Positions 27,701-37,769 are shown, counted from the first letter of the stretch. The stretch is 64,000 nt of DNA from a virus (IMGVR_UViG_3300002835_000006); one strand, 5' to 3'. The notes: generated by a model not told the origin, from the sequence alone. Made by a program: numbers and translations.

Positions 27701-29732
27701 ACCCGAACCATCTCAATTACCTCCAAATGTTGTACCTACTCAACCGACCACTGGTATAATCCCCCCAACTCCACCAACAACAGTTGAGCCTAAGTTTAGA
27801 AAGACTGATAATATTTCAAAAAGAATTGTGAGAGCTCTTATATCTGAATGTGACTATTTCGAAACAATCAAACAAGACTCTCCGATGTTATATGATAATC
27901 TCAAAGACAAATTGAAATTCTTTCAACCATCATTCCATTCCACAACACCTGAGGGTTTGAATTCTAGACTAACCTTTTTACAACAATGTATGAGACCCGG
28001 GGATACTATTCCGACTGTGAAGGCAACTGCGGGGGGTGCGTATGAATTGGAGTATAATAATGCTGTAAATACTGCTTTTGGAACACCACCGGTCTTGATA
28101 CTCAGAGTAGGTGACTTTTATAACACTAAAATAATTCCAACAAGTTTAAGTTTGAATTTTGAAGGTTTGGATATAAATCCTGAGGGTATAGGTATCCAAC
28201 CTATGATTGCAAACGTCACTTTGAATTTTAATTTTGTTGGGGGTCAAGGATTGAAAACTGCGGTCGATAAATTACAAAACGCTTTGACATTCAATTACTA
28301 CGCTAATACTGAGATGTGGGACGATAGAGCCGACCCAACCGACGACTCTTTCAAAGTGTTAGATAAAGAATTTTTACAAAGTGTTGCACAACCTACCGCT
28401 CCTACCACAAATCAAATTCAGAATATAGCGGCTTTAAGTAATAGTACTACTATAGGAGATAGACTAACGAATGTTATTACGGCAACTGACGAAACTGGTA
28501 AAATAAGTTACAAAGGCTTTATGGATACTTTTGTGTCAACAACACAAACTTACTTTACTTCTGTGTTCAATCAAAGTAAATCTATTTTTTCTCAATACAA
28601 TAATGCCATGTTACAACAATGGAGCATTGAAAGAAAGTATCAGGAGGGAACTTTTTATACAGACCCGAACACAATTACTTATTTATACGGTAAGGCAGAT
28701 AATCTACAAAAAAATATAAATAAAGTTTTTACCGACATGATTGCTCAAATAAATGCCGGTCAAGACCCGTGGATTGAATGGATAAATAATACTGACAAGG
28801 ATTTCTCAAGAGCAGCTAAAAATCAAATGAAACAAAATTATTTGGATTTTGTTAGGGCTAAACAAGGTACTTTTATAAATGCCGCAACAACAATTGTACA
28901 AGATGTTGTGAACACTCAACAAGCTTATCTTCAATATATTAGTAGAGCTAATATTGTACCATACTCAGGTACATCGTGGGATAACACTGACGGATTCCAA
29001 GAGACAAATGGTAATGTTGTAATTTATTGGGTGTCGGGAACAACAGGGGTAGGACCTGTGAATGCTGGAAATCCTAATCCTCCCACAACAACAAATCAGG
29101 AAATTGACCAAGATATAGATTTAATCAAAGTAAGTTTAAATGATTTCTATACTAAATTGACAAGTGACGTAAATTTCAGTGTAGGTTCTGATAGCTATAC
29201 AGGAATATTGGTAAGAGTGAATAGTACAGAAATAAGTACAATCATAAATGATGTATTTTTTCCGTTCAGTAAGAACCCGTTGTTTAGTGGAAATCCTTTC
29301 AAAAGACAATATATGATTTTGTCTAACGACTTAAAGGGAGAGGCTTATGAAAGTTTTAAAAACGCTATGATAGGAAATCTACTTGAAAATCAATCTTTAG
29401 CACCAAGAGGGGCTTCTATGAGATATTCTGAAGAGTTTGATGCGTATTGGAGAGCGATTGTAAAACCAGCTTTTGACGAAGAGGATACTCTTACTCAAAC
29501 ATTCCTAAATGAGATGGAGACAAATCAGATGAAAAACTTCTTAAACTTTACACCGTTCCCATTAGGAAAACCAAGAGAGTTTAACTACGCGAAATCAAGT
29601 GCTCCTGACCCTAACCAAGAAGTATTGATAAAATCTTTGGGGGCAAAAACAAACCAAAACACAGATAATAAATGGAACACACCAACAACGCCAGGTGGAG
29701 ACGTTCTTATATCTAAAGTTAAATTGAACTAA
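24723..29732 (+). CDS. Large baseplate tube-initiator-like protein (gp48/54-type motifs) containing an OmpA-like domain
   Basis: FPPY..TFNE...ANW...FLGRPEP.Y.Y and PPVLILRVGDF motifs; OmpA-like LYFPND...GSAS...YNLELSQRR..SV...RRVKI. Confidence 0.7.
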   Translation: MPSPLDYNNSERFRSRLMTRNLAPYPKSPNRPNPPITYEYQQSQLAVTDSPDVLIDSPILANRLYPLNQFGAEGGYRIVGDVGGLNNTRSNQGEYGPGQQDAHIIDQAQPASLQWKPKNAYSNGSQTVLDSGEYITEPDYIRSGSRNLYNNQPYPTTFVPSSYNPVQILLTRDPQGSNGLLTQDSYIARLGAFTLRRSFEERIATEIRQQTLGRINLFNIDSGTDIFNLLTTRVPLIEPNWVITQPSGPILAATDFALRLAGSILPTSPIPGSYFDPSINSGFPTTIQQLQAAFTRSNTSVGNFFGQLLGPPKSGSQIFLNNTGGGQKSRLFGSINYNKYKPGYERNIFDRVGGALFGTTVNNSNYYIGSPTSEPSRVFSPTGDLPNNEFGQEVQAPVYGPQELAQLYEGPSREIKLGANGPAYINGGGIEGGFTWVSPKYRGNAGKKVGIGGEVTQLDEDFKPSSYNSTESVNLEFRQGSILDDTQRIINSQPQGGRRLQHVGNAMDQVSKVFNDGYKELTKGSRVLRYVGSLGNEVGTEYCRVFAKDIPYLQYNDLQKQDGVVNEGRRFSYSVFDKTYNLNIAPNKQEGGQASSNLIGTNNTAFAKKYMFSLENLAWRTSNTPGINVNELPICERGPNGGRVMWFPPYGLTFNETVNANWKTQDFLGRPEPIYTYTNTSRGGSLQWKIVVDHPSVLNVIVNKVLNNESNKERINGILESFFAGCKKYDLYELAKRYYTIPPNELQDIQQAIASKNLSKEQVSVAKNTLATGARDTQSSSQPITQPSQNTPQDTLKQFQNFALYFPNDIPAPPSVSPVVGSYSQYYTDYINQSTTTYAGQGVFINNVVTQNYNHIQVNFFNELKTVMKNNPSSKVVIELLGSASAAAKQTYNLELSQRRIDSVKNLFASDQLLNSYIQSGRITFTEVPKGEGAEKVQVFQWDASSNQFITNTEFETCTDNDDNNNSLAGAPITNSTAMACRRVKIKSITVSAPEPSQLPPNVVPTQPTTGIIPPTPPTTVEPKFRKTDNISKRIVRALISECDYFETIKQDSPMLYDNLKDKLKFFQPSFHSTTPEGLNSRLTFLQQCMRPGDTIPTVKATAGGAYELEYNNAVNTAFGTPPVLILRVGDFYNTKIIPTSLSLNFEGLDINPEGIGIQPMIANVTLNFNFVGGQGLKTAVDKLQNALTFNYYANTEMWDDRADPTDDSFKVLDKEFLQSVAQPTAPTTNQIQNIAALSNSTTIGDRLTNVITATDETGKISYKGFMDTFVSTTQTYFTSVFNQSKSIFSQYNNAMLQQWSIERKYQEGTFYTDPNTITYLYGKADNLQKNINKVFTDMIAQINAGQDPWIEWINNTDKDFSRAAKNQMKQNYLDFVRAKQGTFINAATTIVQDVVNTQQAYLQYISRANIVPYSGTSWDNTDGFQETNGNVVIYWVSGTTGVGPVNAGNPNPPTTTNQEIDQDIDLIKVSLNDFYTKLTSDVNFSVGSDSYTGILVRVNSTEISTIINDVFFPFSKNPLFSGNPFKRQYMILSNDLKGEAYESFKNAMIGNLLENQSLAPRGASMRYSEEFDAYWRAIVKPAFDEEDTLTQTFLNEMETNQMKNFLNFTPFPLGKPREFNYAKSSAPDPNQEVLIKSLGAKTNQNTDNKWNTPTTPGGDVLISKVKLN

Positions 29733-30055
29733 TGTCATACCCTTATTACAACAGATATAATGAATTTACATTCAACGGAGAACAAACTATAGTTCCTTAT
29801 GTGACAATTCCTGCAAAAACTACAGACCAAACATACATCTATAAGGTAGGTCAAAGTAGATTGGATAGAATTTCACAACAATATTATAGTTCCCCTGTTT
29901 TTGGATGGTTGATTCTACAGGCTAATCCAATTTTTGGTGGACTTGAAAACTACATCTATGATGGTGCTATCTTGGTTATACCATTTCCATTGATACCATC
30001 TCTTCAAGATTATAAAACAGCTGTAGAACAATATTTTTATTATTATGGCAGGTAG
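29732..30055 (+). CDS. LysM-like baseplate wedge protein (gp53/gpX-like)
   Basis: YKVGQSRLDRISQQYY...GWLILQANP...LVIP. Confidence 0.75.
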   Translation: MSYPYYNRYNEFTFNGEQTIVPYVTIPAKTTDQTYIYKVGQSRLDRISQQYYSSPVFGWLILQANPIFGGLENYIYDGAILVIPFPLIPSLQDYKTAVEQYFYYYGR

Positions 30056-33000
30056 TAATATTCAAGGAGATTTAAGTGGTCATATTTTACCTGAGTTCGA
30101 TTATGATAATATTATCCTGATTGACCCTAATAAAACTATTGACAATACTGGTAGAATAAGTGAGAGAATTGTAGACCACGAAAATTTGGTAATGTATGCC
30201 AATTTGGAGGCACAAATTTTACCGAGAACAAAACTTGCACTCGGAGTCCAACCCAACGAAAATGTAAATACTAGCATGACTATTGCTAGAATCAATTTTC
30301 TGAAGCCCACCAAAAACAATTACATAGGTACAGGTTATTATGATGAGTTGACAGGTAAGGATGCGTTGACTACTCAGTTTTCAAACGCCAAATTAGAAAA
30401 GACTGTCACACGTGGTAACAAAGCTTATTTCGTAGACACAGTACTAGACCAACAAAACGTCACAGATAATGGGTTATTAGGAATCACCTCTATCATATGT
30501 AAACTTGGTACAAGTTTCATTCCATCAGTCTCAATGCAACTCGAAGATGTCCAAGGGAAAGCTTTATTCCAATTAGGAGATAACTCACCTTATGCAGCAT
30601 TCTTCACTTTACCATACCCTCAATTTTATTTAACACTAAAAGGTTACTATGGTCAAGCAATAAAGTATCAACTTTACTTAGAAAAGTTTGATGCGAGATT
30701 CAATACCTCAACTGGAAATTATGCAATTACTTTAGAATTCAAAGGATTCAAATTCAACATCTTGAATGAGATTCTTATATCTCATCTTTTAGCAACCCCT
30801 CACATGTATAACAGAAGATTTGCTACAAGTTTGGAACCTGTTGTTGCCAACCCTGCGACAAACAATCAAAGTTTACAAAACTCATCTTCAGCTCAACAAG
30901 GTGGTATTACTACAGCCACCCGCGCTGAAAATACAGTCTATGCTGAATTTGTAACCGAAAGGGGGTATGAAAAAATTGTAGAGGTTTACAGTGAATATAA
31001 AAGTAAGGGATTGATTCCCCAAGATTTTCCTGAATTGACTCTATTACAATTGATGAACAAACTTGAAATGTTTGAAAGGAACGTCGTCAATTCTTATCCT
31101 TTGGTCAACGTTGAGCCACTAACTAACATAAGGAACTATTTGAAAACATTAAAAGCGTTTGTCGAGACTTTGATTGGTCCGCAAAGCAGTAGTTGGTTCC
31201 TAACTAATTTAGACCCAAGAGCGATAATTTTAGACAACAATAATAGGGTCTATTTTTTCAAAAAAGAGCTTCAAACAAATTTAGCTTCACAAACAGCCGC
31301 AATCAAAAACCTTTCCACAATTTTTGATAGGAACTTATCTGAGTTGAGGAAAAACCCAACTTTGGGTGTTGACAGCACTGAAAACATAAAGATTGATAAA
31401 CTTACGCCAAATCAAATTCAGGTAACTATTGATTTGAGTCAAATAAACAAAGATGCGACTGCGGCATCTTTTTTTAATGTAATAAGTGCGAGCGACGTTC
31501 AAAAAACTACAACCAAAAATAATTTGGATATTTTGTTGGCTAAGAAAGGGACAGTTATAAATGGCACTACCGTACAAAGTGACCCAATCTTTTTCAATTT
31601 TGACCAACAGGGTGGATTTACACAAACAGTGAATCAAATAGAAGAGGAAGTCTTGAAAAAACTCAAAGCTTATGAAACTGCGATTACTGAGGAATTAAAA
31701 ATACTGATTCAAGACAAATCGACAGGTATCGGATTTAATCCAACGGTTAGAAACATGTGTGCTGTAATAATGGCAAACACTGAAGGTTTCATTAGATTAT
31801 TAGATGATTGTCATACCAAAGCTTGGAGTGTGAAATATGACCCTGTTAGGTCCTTAGCAATTCATAACAACAAATCATCAGCAAGAAACACTGAGGCTCA
31901 GACTGTTGTTCAAATTACTAGTCAGGCGGCAGGAGAAAATCAAGGTATAGTAAATGGACAGACACCTGTTTATCCTTGGCCTCAGTTTTTTGTTGAAAGT
32001 CCTGATGATAAAAAAGGCAGATATCAGTTACAATATCTTGGAGCACCATCAGTGGTCAAAATCACCCAAGCCTCTGACTTTTCCAAGTGGCCTGAAGTTG
32101 AATTCGTTGAGGAGTATATAAAGGGTTTGATTATGAAAGACAATGTTCCTTCTACACAGACCCCTATCGAAAGTCAACTTACAACATTTGCCATTCAAAT
32201 AAATGCAATAGAATATCCAACTTCAAATGTCATTTATTCAAACAAACAGGAAGTCAGATATTTTTACGAAATATGGGAAAGAGAATATGTAACTGCAAAC
32301 TATTCGAATTTTAGTAGGGCCTTACCAAATCAAGTTACACCATTCATAACTTTGAATACAAGTGTAGAAACTAACAACATCATAGAAAGTCTCGGTGTCA
32401 ATAGTCCGAGTATTACATTCAAATTAAAAAATACTAATTTGAATTCGCAGAACTACCCCACTTTCTTGAAACAAATTTCAAACAATGGAACAGGACCTTC
32501 TTACTATAATTACGAACGTGGATTCTTTGTCACATCATATCTCAAAGAACTGACTGACAACCCTTTTTCTATTTTAAAAACAACAGAGTTAGGGTTGGAA
32601 CCTCTCCAAAGTGCGGATTTAAAACCTTTGGTAGATTTGACTAAAAACGCTAGTAATGATTTTAAAATAATAGATACATACCCATTCACTTCAAGTGGTT
32701 GGGTTCAAACTAACATGTCTCAAAGTTCTAGAGCAACACTCAATAATGTTTTCGATACAAAAAATGTTATAACAGTATTTGCGGACAGAAATATGGTTTC
32801 AAACTTTACAGATTTGTATGATTACATAAACAAAAGACCTGTTACCAATTTTGGTTACAGAACCACACCAACTCCGAGTATTGTTGTTGAAAGTCTATCA
32901 ACTCAACCTAATGTAAGTACACAAACTATGAATTTGTATTACAACGGGAGTTTGAACAATACTACACGTATGGTGCCAACAGAGGGTTTTGTTCAAACGC

Positions 33001-36000
33001 CATCTAGTAACTACTTAGGTAAAACACAAACAACATCAATATTGAACACACCATTTTTTATAAATGCGATACAAAATGGTGTTAGATTAGAAAAAAACAG
33101 AAATAGGAACCCTTACATACAAGCCGCTTACTTATTCATAAATTCTCTTCCACTCATAAGTCTGAGAGAGAGATATAAAAGTTTGGGAATAAATAATGAG
33201 TTGGATTATATGGCTTCATGTTTCAATAAATTCGGTGCCGTTCACAAAGTACCTTATGCTTGGATATTGAAGATGGGTTCAATATGGTATAGGTACAAAA
33301 CATATGTAGAAACGAATAGAGATATTTTAGATGGTATATGGAACAATTTCGATTATTTAGGCAATTTCGACCCGGTTTTTAGTGCTAAAACTACAACATA
33401 CGAATTTCAATTCCCAATAACTAATCCGACCAAATATAAAGTTAGTTTAGAGAAACAAAATCAAAATCTACTCGAGATACAGACAGGTTTCTATCCCAAG
33501 CTTATGAATGATTTTGCCTATTTTTATAATGGTAGGGATTTGTTTCAAAATTATTCTAATGATGAAATACAATCTGCGGTATCTGATGGACTAAGGTTAT
33601 ATCAATTTCCGAATTCAGAATTCTCGGCAGAGCAAAACAACAAAGATGTGAACGTTAGCACGTGGTCTGCACTTTTACCAAACACTTTAGTTGATGCTTA
33701 TAGTACTATAAATCTTTGTGTACCGGCAAGTGATGAAGTTGAGCTTGGTACAGAGTATTATATCCTTCCGTCATTTGGTGCTAATATGAACCAAACCAAT
33801 TATGAGTTAGTTACCAATCAAACTAGTAATCCAGTAACAACAACAGATTTGGTAGATAACAAAGCTATGTATAATGGTTCTGCGAGATGTTTATGGGCTG
33901 CTTCAAACTATGGTTACTTTGATGCTAATCAAGTAATCAAACCAGATACAGATTCGTATATGAATTTAATTTATTCTGACGGGTCTACAATAGTACCATT
34001 CCAACTTTTATCATCAAACACTTACTCTACAATGGAGGAAATCTTTGGAGTATTTGATAAAAGAGCTTTGGATTTGATGGAAAAAGAATTCCTGAATTAT
34101 TGTGCACCAATCACGAACGTTAAATACGCACCAGTTCGTAGTGAAATAAATAAAAGTGCAGTACAAATTGATGGTATTTCAAGAAATTTCCAAGCTTTCA
34201 TGAGGGAGGCAATGAAACTTACACCAACTTTAGCAACGAGAACGAGTGAATTGTTTAAGGAAGCTATTACAAATCAATTCAATAATTTCTCATCACAAAT
34301 AAAATCAATAATGGAATATGATGTGATTATAAGAAATGGTAATCCATCAAAATTTAATAGAAAAGTTTGGGAGTCATATATCTCAATTGGCTTACCAACA
34401 CCCACGGTAGTCGAGCCAATTACATTCCAACCTTATGTTACTAATACCTTACCATCGGTTGGGGGAGGAATTACTTTACAACAATCTCAAAACTTAAATG
34501 GGCCAGCATGGAGAGCATTACTAACAGAGGTTGGATTTTCATCAATAGCGGAATTGACTTATACTGATAACGGTTCGTATATTACTGACTTCTTCATCAA
34601 TAACAATATAGAATTTTCATCAAGGAATGTGGTTCTTTTGGCTCCAATTATAAAAATGTATGCAACTCAGAGATTGAATAATCCAAATCTATTGGTTACA
34701 AATTTCAGAGACAACCTTACAGCATATATAAACAACAACGAGACCTTCCAAAATGATTTATTAAATCAAGTTATTATATCTACACAAGCTAAATTACCTG
34801 ATGTTCAAGAACCTCAAGAACAAACAATCCAATCAGGACTTTCAGGTTTGCAGGGTAAGGTAGAAATATATAATGTCTTTAAAGCACTGAATGACAAATG
34901 GGTTGCAGGGTATGATTATTCTCAGAGAACTTTATTTGAGGATATTTTATTCTTGGATAGGGCTTCACGCAACATAGGTGAAACAGTAGTTCTTGATATT
35001 TTCTCAATAAAAAATTTAATAAATAAGAACTCTTTGAACGAAGGAATGAGTGTATACACTCTGCTAAGTTCAATGTTGATGCAGAATAATTTTGTTGTGA
35101 TGCCACTACCCGCATACTGTAATTTTTATAATGTTCAAGAAGTCAACGGTTTACAAAGTCCAAACACAGAGTCAACTTTAGATTTCGCAGATAATATGTG
35201 GGGGACATTCACAAATGTGGATTATAGAAAGTCTGGTCCAAAAATAGTTTGTTTTTACGTCGGTAAGCCATCTGACCAATTAGGTGTTTCAGTTAAACTT
35301 ACAGGTATAGGGGATGATGGATTTGACTTGAGAAATCCTACAGGAAACCCTCTTATTGAAAACCAACTAGGAAAAAATGACTTTGATAAATCAAATAAGG
35401 TAGTTGGATTTAATGTAGATATAGGTATAAGAAATCAGAATGTTTTTCAGACCTTCAGTGTATCTCAAGACAACGGAAAGGCAACATCCGAATCCATCGC
35501 TGCGGTATTGATGATGGCCGACCAAACTAATACAAAGAATGTTGGTACTCAAAATGCTAGTTTGTATAATTTCTATAAAAGGAGAAGTTATCAGTGTGAA
35601 GTCAGCGCTATGGGTAACGCCCTAATTCAACCAACTATGTATTTCAATTTGAGACACGTTCCAATGTTCAATGGTCCATATTTGATTACAGATGTTTCAC
35701 ATACGATAACCCCAGGTGACTTCACTACAAATTTTACAGGAGTAAGACAGGGTATATATGATTATCCTGTGGAGGACAACTATCTTCAAAAGATAAATCA
35801 AAATCTTCTGACTCAATTAGAAAACTTAGTTATACAAAAGACAGACCAAAACACAACAATAACCACCACAAACCAAGGAAAAGAAACAAACCTAATACAA
35901 AATTCTAATAACCTCTCTGTAGATGCCCAAAATGCTTGTAGAGCGAATCTATCACCGCAATTTGATAGACTTGAATCAACTACAGGACAACTTACAAAAT

Positions 36001-36839
36001 TGACCGCAACTGATTTCTCTAATAGTCTCAAAACCTATACAGGTACCGCACCTAACGCAGAGCTTCAGACTATAGTTTATGTTCTATCTTATATCCGAAC
36101 ATTCAGTATTGCTGGTGACCCTAAAGGAGAGTTTGTTGCGTATGATAATAACTTCAGTAATATTACTTTGGATAAACCAATAGCATCATCGCTTACACAG
36201 GATTTTGTACCTAACGTATATGCATGTATTAAAACCAAAACCATAAGTGGTGATAAATCATTACCGGCCGCGAAATTTAATGATGTAAATACCTACCTGA
36301 AATTTATGACAGGTCTTATAACACCGAGAATTTCACAGATTACAGGAGGAGTTTTTAAAGAAAAAATTATTGAATATTATTGTACTGCATTCCCTGCGGC
36401 TCAGGTTACCCTAGAATATTATGAATCAAACATAGATAGATTTTTGGGAATTTATGGTAGTATAGTTGACCAGGCAATTGCAAGTGCCGGAAGAGTGGGA
36501 TTGAGGACTGATATAGGAACCGCATTCAATCAAGGAGGAGGAGGTCAACAAACAACAATACCGGCGTGTCCACCAACAGTATTATCAGGATTCTCACCAC
36601 TGACAGGTACTACTGGAACTGTAATGAGTCTTTCAGGTACAAACTTAGAATACGTCAGAACTATAACGGTTGGAACAACTCAAGTGGATTTCAGAACAGT
36701 ACAATTTATATCAACTAATAAAATAAAATTCTCAATACCACAAATAGTTAGTACACCACCACAACAACTACAAATATCAGTAACAACAACAGGAAATGCG
36801 GTACCTGTTACCGCACCTGGTGTATTCACTTTTATTTAA
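30045..36839 (+). CDS. Giant baseplate hub protein (gp27/gpD-like) with C-terminal IPT/TIG domain
   Basis: GITSI...V.MQLED..G near the N-terminus; Y.CEV..MGN..IQP..YF.L...F.G.YLIT.V.H.I..GDF.T.F.G.R hub motif; terminal FSP..G..GT...L.GTNL. Confidence 0.7.
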   Translation: MAGSNIQGDLSGHILPEFDYDNIILIDPNKTIDNTGRISERIVDHENLVMYANLEAQILPRTKLALGVQPNENVNTSMTIARINFLKPTKNNYIGTGYYDELTGKDALTTQFSNAKLEKTVTRGNKAYFVDTVLDQQNVTDNGLLGITSIICKLGTSFIPSVSMQLEDVQGKALFQLGDNSPYAAFFTLPYPQFYLTLKGYYGQAIKYQLYLEKFDARFNTSTGNYAITLEFKGFKFNILNEILISHLLATPHMYNRRFATSLEPVVANPATNNQSLQNSSSAQQGGITTATRAENTVYAEFVTERGYEKIVEVYSEYKSKGLIPQDFPELTLLQLMNKLEMFERNVVNSYPLVNVEPLTNIRNYLKTLKAFVETLIGPQSSSWFLTNLDPRAIILDNNNRVYFFKKELQTNLASQTAAIKNLSTIFDRNLSELRKNPTLGVDSTENIKIDKLTPNQIQVTIDLSQINKDATAASFFNVISASDVQKTTTKNNLDILLAKKGTVINGTTVQSDPIFFNFDQQGGFTQTVNQIEEEVLKKLKAYETAITEELKILIQDKSTGIGFNPTVRNMCAVIMANTEGFIRLLDDCHTKAWSVKYDPVRSLAIHNNKSSARNTEAQTVVQITSQAAGENQGIVNGQTPVYPWPQFFVESPDDKKGRYQLQYLGAPSVVKITQASDFSKWPEVEFVEEYIKGLIMKDNVPSTQTPIESQLTTFAIQINAIEYPTSNVIYSNKQEVRYFYEIWEREYVTANYSNFSRALPNQVTPFITLNTSVETNNIIESLGVNSPSITFKLKNTNLNSQNYPTFLKQISNNGTGPSYYNYERGFFVTSYLKELTDNPFSILKTTELGLEPLQSADLKPLVDLTKNASNDFKIIDTYPFTSSGWVQTNMSQSSRATLNNVFDTKNVITVFADRNMVSNFTDLYDYINKRPVTNFGYRTTPTPSIVVESLSTQPNVSTQTMNLYYNGSLNNTTRMVPTEGFVQTPSSNYLGKTQTTSILNTPFFINAIQNGVRLEKNRNRNPYIQAAYLFINSLPLISLRERYKSLGINNELDYMASCFNKFGAVHKVPYAWILKMGSIWYRYKTYVETNRDILDGIWNNFDYLGNFDPVFSAKTTTYEFQFPITNPTKYKVSLEKQNQNLLEIQTGFYPKLMNDFAYFYNGRDLFQNYSNDEIQSAVSDGLRLYQFPNSEFSAEQNNKDVNVSTWSALLPNTLVDAYSTINLCVPASDEVELGTEYYILPSFGANMNQTNYELVTNQTSNPVTTTDLVDNKAMYNGSARCLWAASNYGYFDANQVIKPDTDSYMNLIYSDGSTIVPFQLLSSNTYSTMEEIFGVFDKRALDLMEKEFLNYCAPITNVKYAPVRSEINKSAVQIDGISRNFQAFMREAMKLTPTLATRTSELFKEAITNQFNNFSSQIKSIMEYDVIIRNGNPSKFNRKVWESYISIGLPTPTVVEPITFQPYVTNTLPSVGGGITLQQSQNLNGPAWRALLTEVGFSSIAELTYTDNGSYITDFFINNNIEFSSRNVVLLAPIIKMYATQRLNNPNLLVTNFRDNLTAYINNNETFQNDLLNQVIISTQAKLPDVQEPQEQTIQSGLSGLQGKVEIYNVFKALNDKWVAGYDYSQRTLFEDILFLDRASRNIGETVVLDIFSIKNLINKNSLNEGMSVYTLLSSMLMQNNFVVMPLPAYCNFYNVQEVNGLQSPNTESTLDFADNMWGTFTNVDYRKSGPKIVCFYVGKPSDQLGVSVKLTGIGDDGFDLRNPTGNPLIENQLGKNDFDKSNKVVGFNVDIGIRNQNVFQTFSVSQDNGKATSESIAAVLMMADQTNTKNVGTQNASLYNFYKRRSYQCEVSAMGNALIQPTMYFNLRHVPMFNGPYLITDVSHTITPGDFTTNFTGVRQGIYDYPVEDNYLQKINQNLLTQLENLVIQKTDQNTTITTTNQGKETNLIQNSNNLSVDAQNACRANLSPQFDRLESTTGQLTKLTATDFSNSLKTYTGTAPNAELQTIVYVLSYIRTFSIAGDPKGEFVAYDNNFSNITLDKPIASSLTQDFVPNVYACIKTKTISGDKSLPAAKFNDVNTYLKFMTGLITPRISQITGGVFKEKIIEYYCTAFPAAQVTLEYYESNIDRFLGIYGSIVDQAIASAGRVGLRTDIGTAFNQGGGGQQTTIPACPPTVLSGFSPLTGTTGTVMSLSGTNLEYVRTITVGTTQVDFRTVQFISTNKIKFSIPQIVSTPPQQLQISVTTTGNAVPVTAPGVFTFI

Positions 36840-36846
36840 TCTAATA

Positions 36847-36853
36847 TATTTAT
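36847..36853 (+). promoter_or_regulatory. TATTTAT candidate late promoter
   Basis: Upstream of the ATG at 36868. Confidence 0.55.
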
Positions 36854-36867
36854 ATAAAAACAATTCT

Positions 36868-37092
36868 ATGAATTTAAAAACAATGCTCGACAATTATTTG
36901 GGAAAACCAGTTAGGTTTTCAGAGCAAGACAATGGGGACGGCTCCAAAGAGGTTTGTGATTTGGACACCGGTGAGTGTTATATGGTCAGAGAAAGAGATG
37001 GTCTTATTGAGAGAGCAGGTCACCAACATTTAGCCAACAGAAGAGTAAAGGTAGAAACTGCCAAAGGAATTAAACAACTTTTAAACGGGTAA
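36868..37092 (+). CDS. Hypothetical protein (74 aa)
   Basis: ATG at 36868 after TATTTAT is preferred over the track start at 36796, which overlaps the hub gene. Confidence 0.65.
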   Translation: MNLKTMLDNYLGKPVRFSEQDNGDGSKEVCDLDTGECYMVRERDGLIERAGHQHLANRRVKVETAKGIKQLLNG

Positions 37093-37094
37093 AA

Positions 37095-37769
37095 ATGGGT
37101 ATAGATAAAAAAATTCTAAGTGAAATAGAGAGATATAATTCAATTGTAAATTATATCAAAGAACAGGCTATTGAACCTCCTCCACCAGACCCAGCAGCAG
37201 ATGCAGCTGCGGCTTTGGGGGCTCCAGCAACAGCACCCGCAGAAACACCGGCTGCAGATATCCCGAAAGGTATTCCAACACCTGAGCCTTTAGATGTTGA
37301 GTCAGACCCAGATGTAGAAAAATTGGATGATAAGGGTAAATCAACTGAGAAGAAAGATGAAGAGAGTGGAACTGAAGAATTAGAGATAACGGATTTAGTT
37401 GATGCTCAAAAAAATATCCAACAAAAACAAGACGAATACTTTGAAAACCTTTTTGGACAATTATCTAATTTAGAGAAAAGACTTGGTGAGATGGACCAAA
37501 TCATGGGTAAGTTAAACTCTTTGGAAAGTAAATTAGAAAAATATAGGTCCAAGAGTCCTGAAGAAAAATTGAATTTGAGAGTCTATGATTCATACCCTTA
37601 TAACCAAAGACTCACTGATTTTTTTGATGACAAAAAAGAAGAAATGGAAAAAACGGGAAAAAATGAATATGTTTTGACTGACGACCAAGTTAGTGATATC
37701 AATGTGAACGATATAAAAAATTCATTTCAACCGAGTGGAGAGGATAGAGAAGATTTTAAATTTAAATAA
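37095..37769 (+). CDS. Acidic, Pro/Ala-linker, coiled-coil hypothetical protein (possible head scaffold/internal protein)
   Basis: KKILSEIERY..IKEQ leader, PPPDPAA linker and a heptad region. Confidence 0.55.
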   Translation: MGIDKKILSEIERYNSIVNYIKEQAIEPPPPDPAADAAAALGAPATAPAETPAADIPKGIPTPEPLDVESDPDVEKLDDKGKSTEKKDEESGTEELEITDLVDAQKNIQQKQDEYFENLFGQLSNLEKRLGEMDQIMGKLNSLESKLEKYRSKSPEEKLNLRVYDSYPYNQRLTDFFDDKKEEMEKTGKNEYVLTDDQVSDINVNDIKNSFQPSGEDREDFKFK

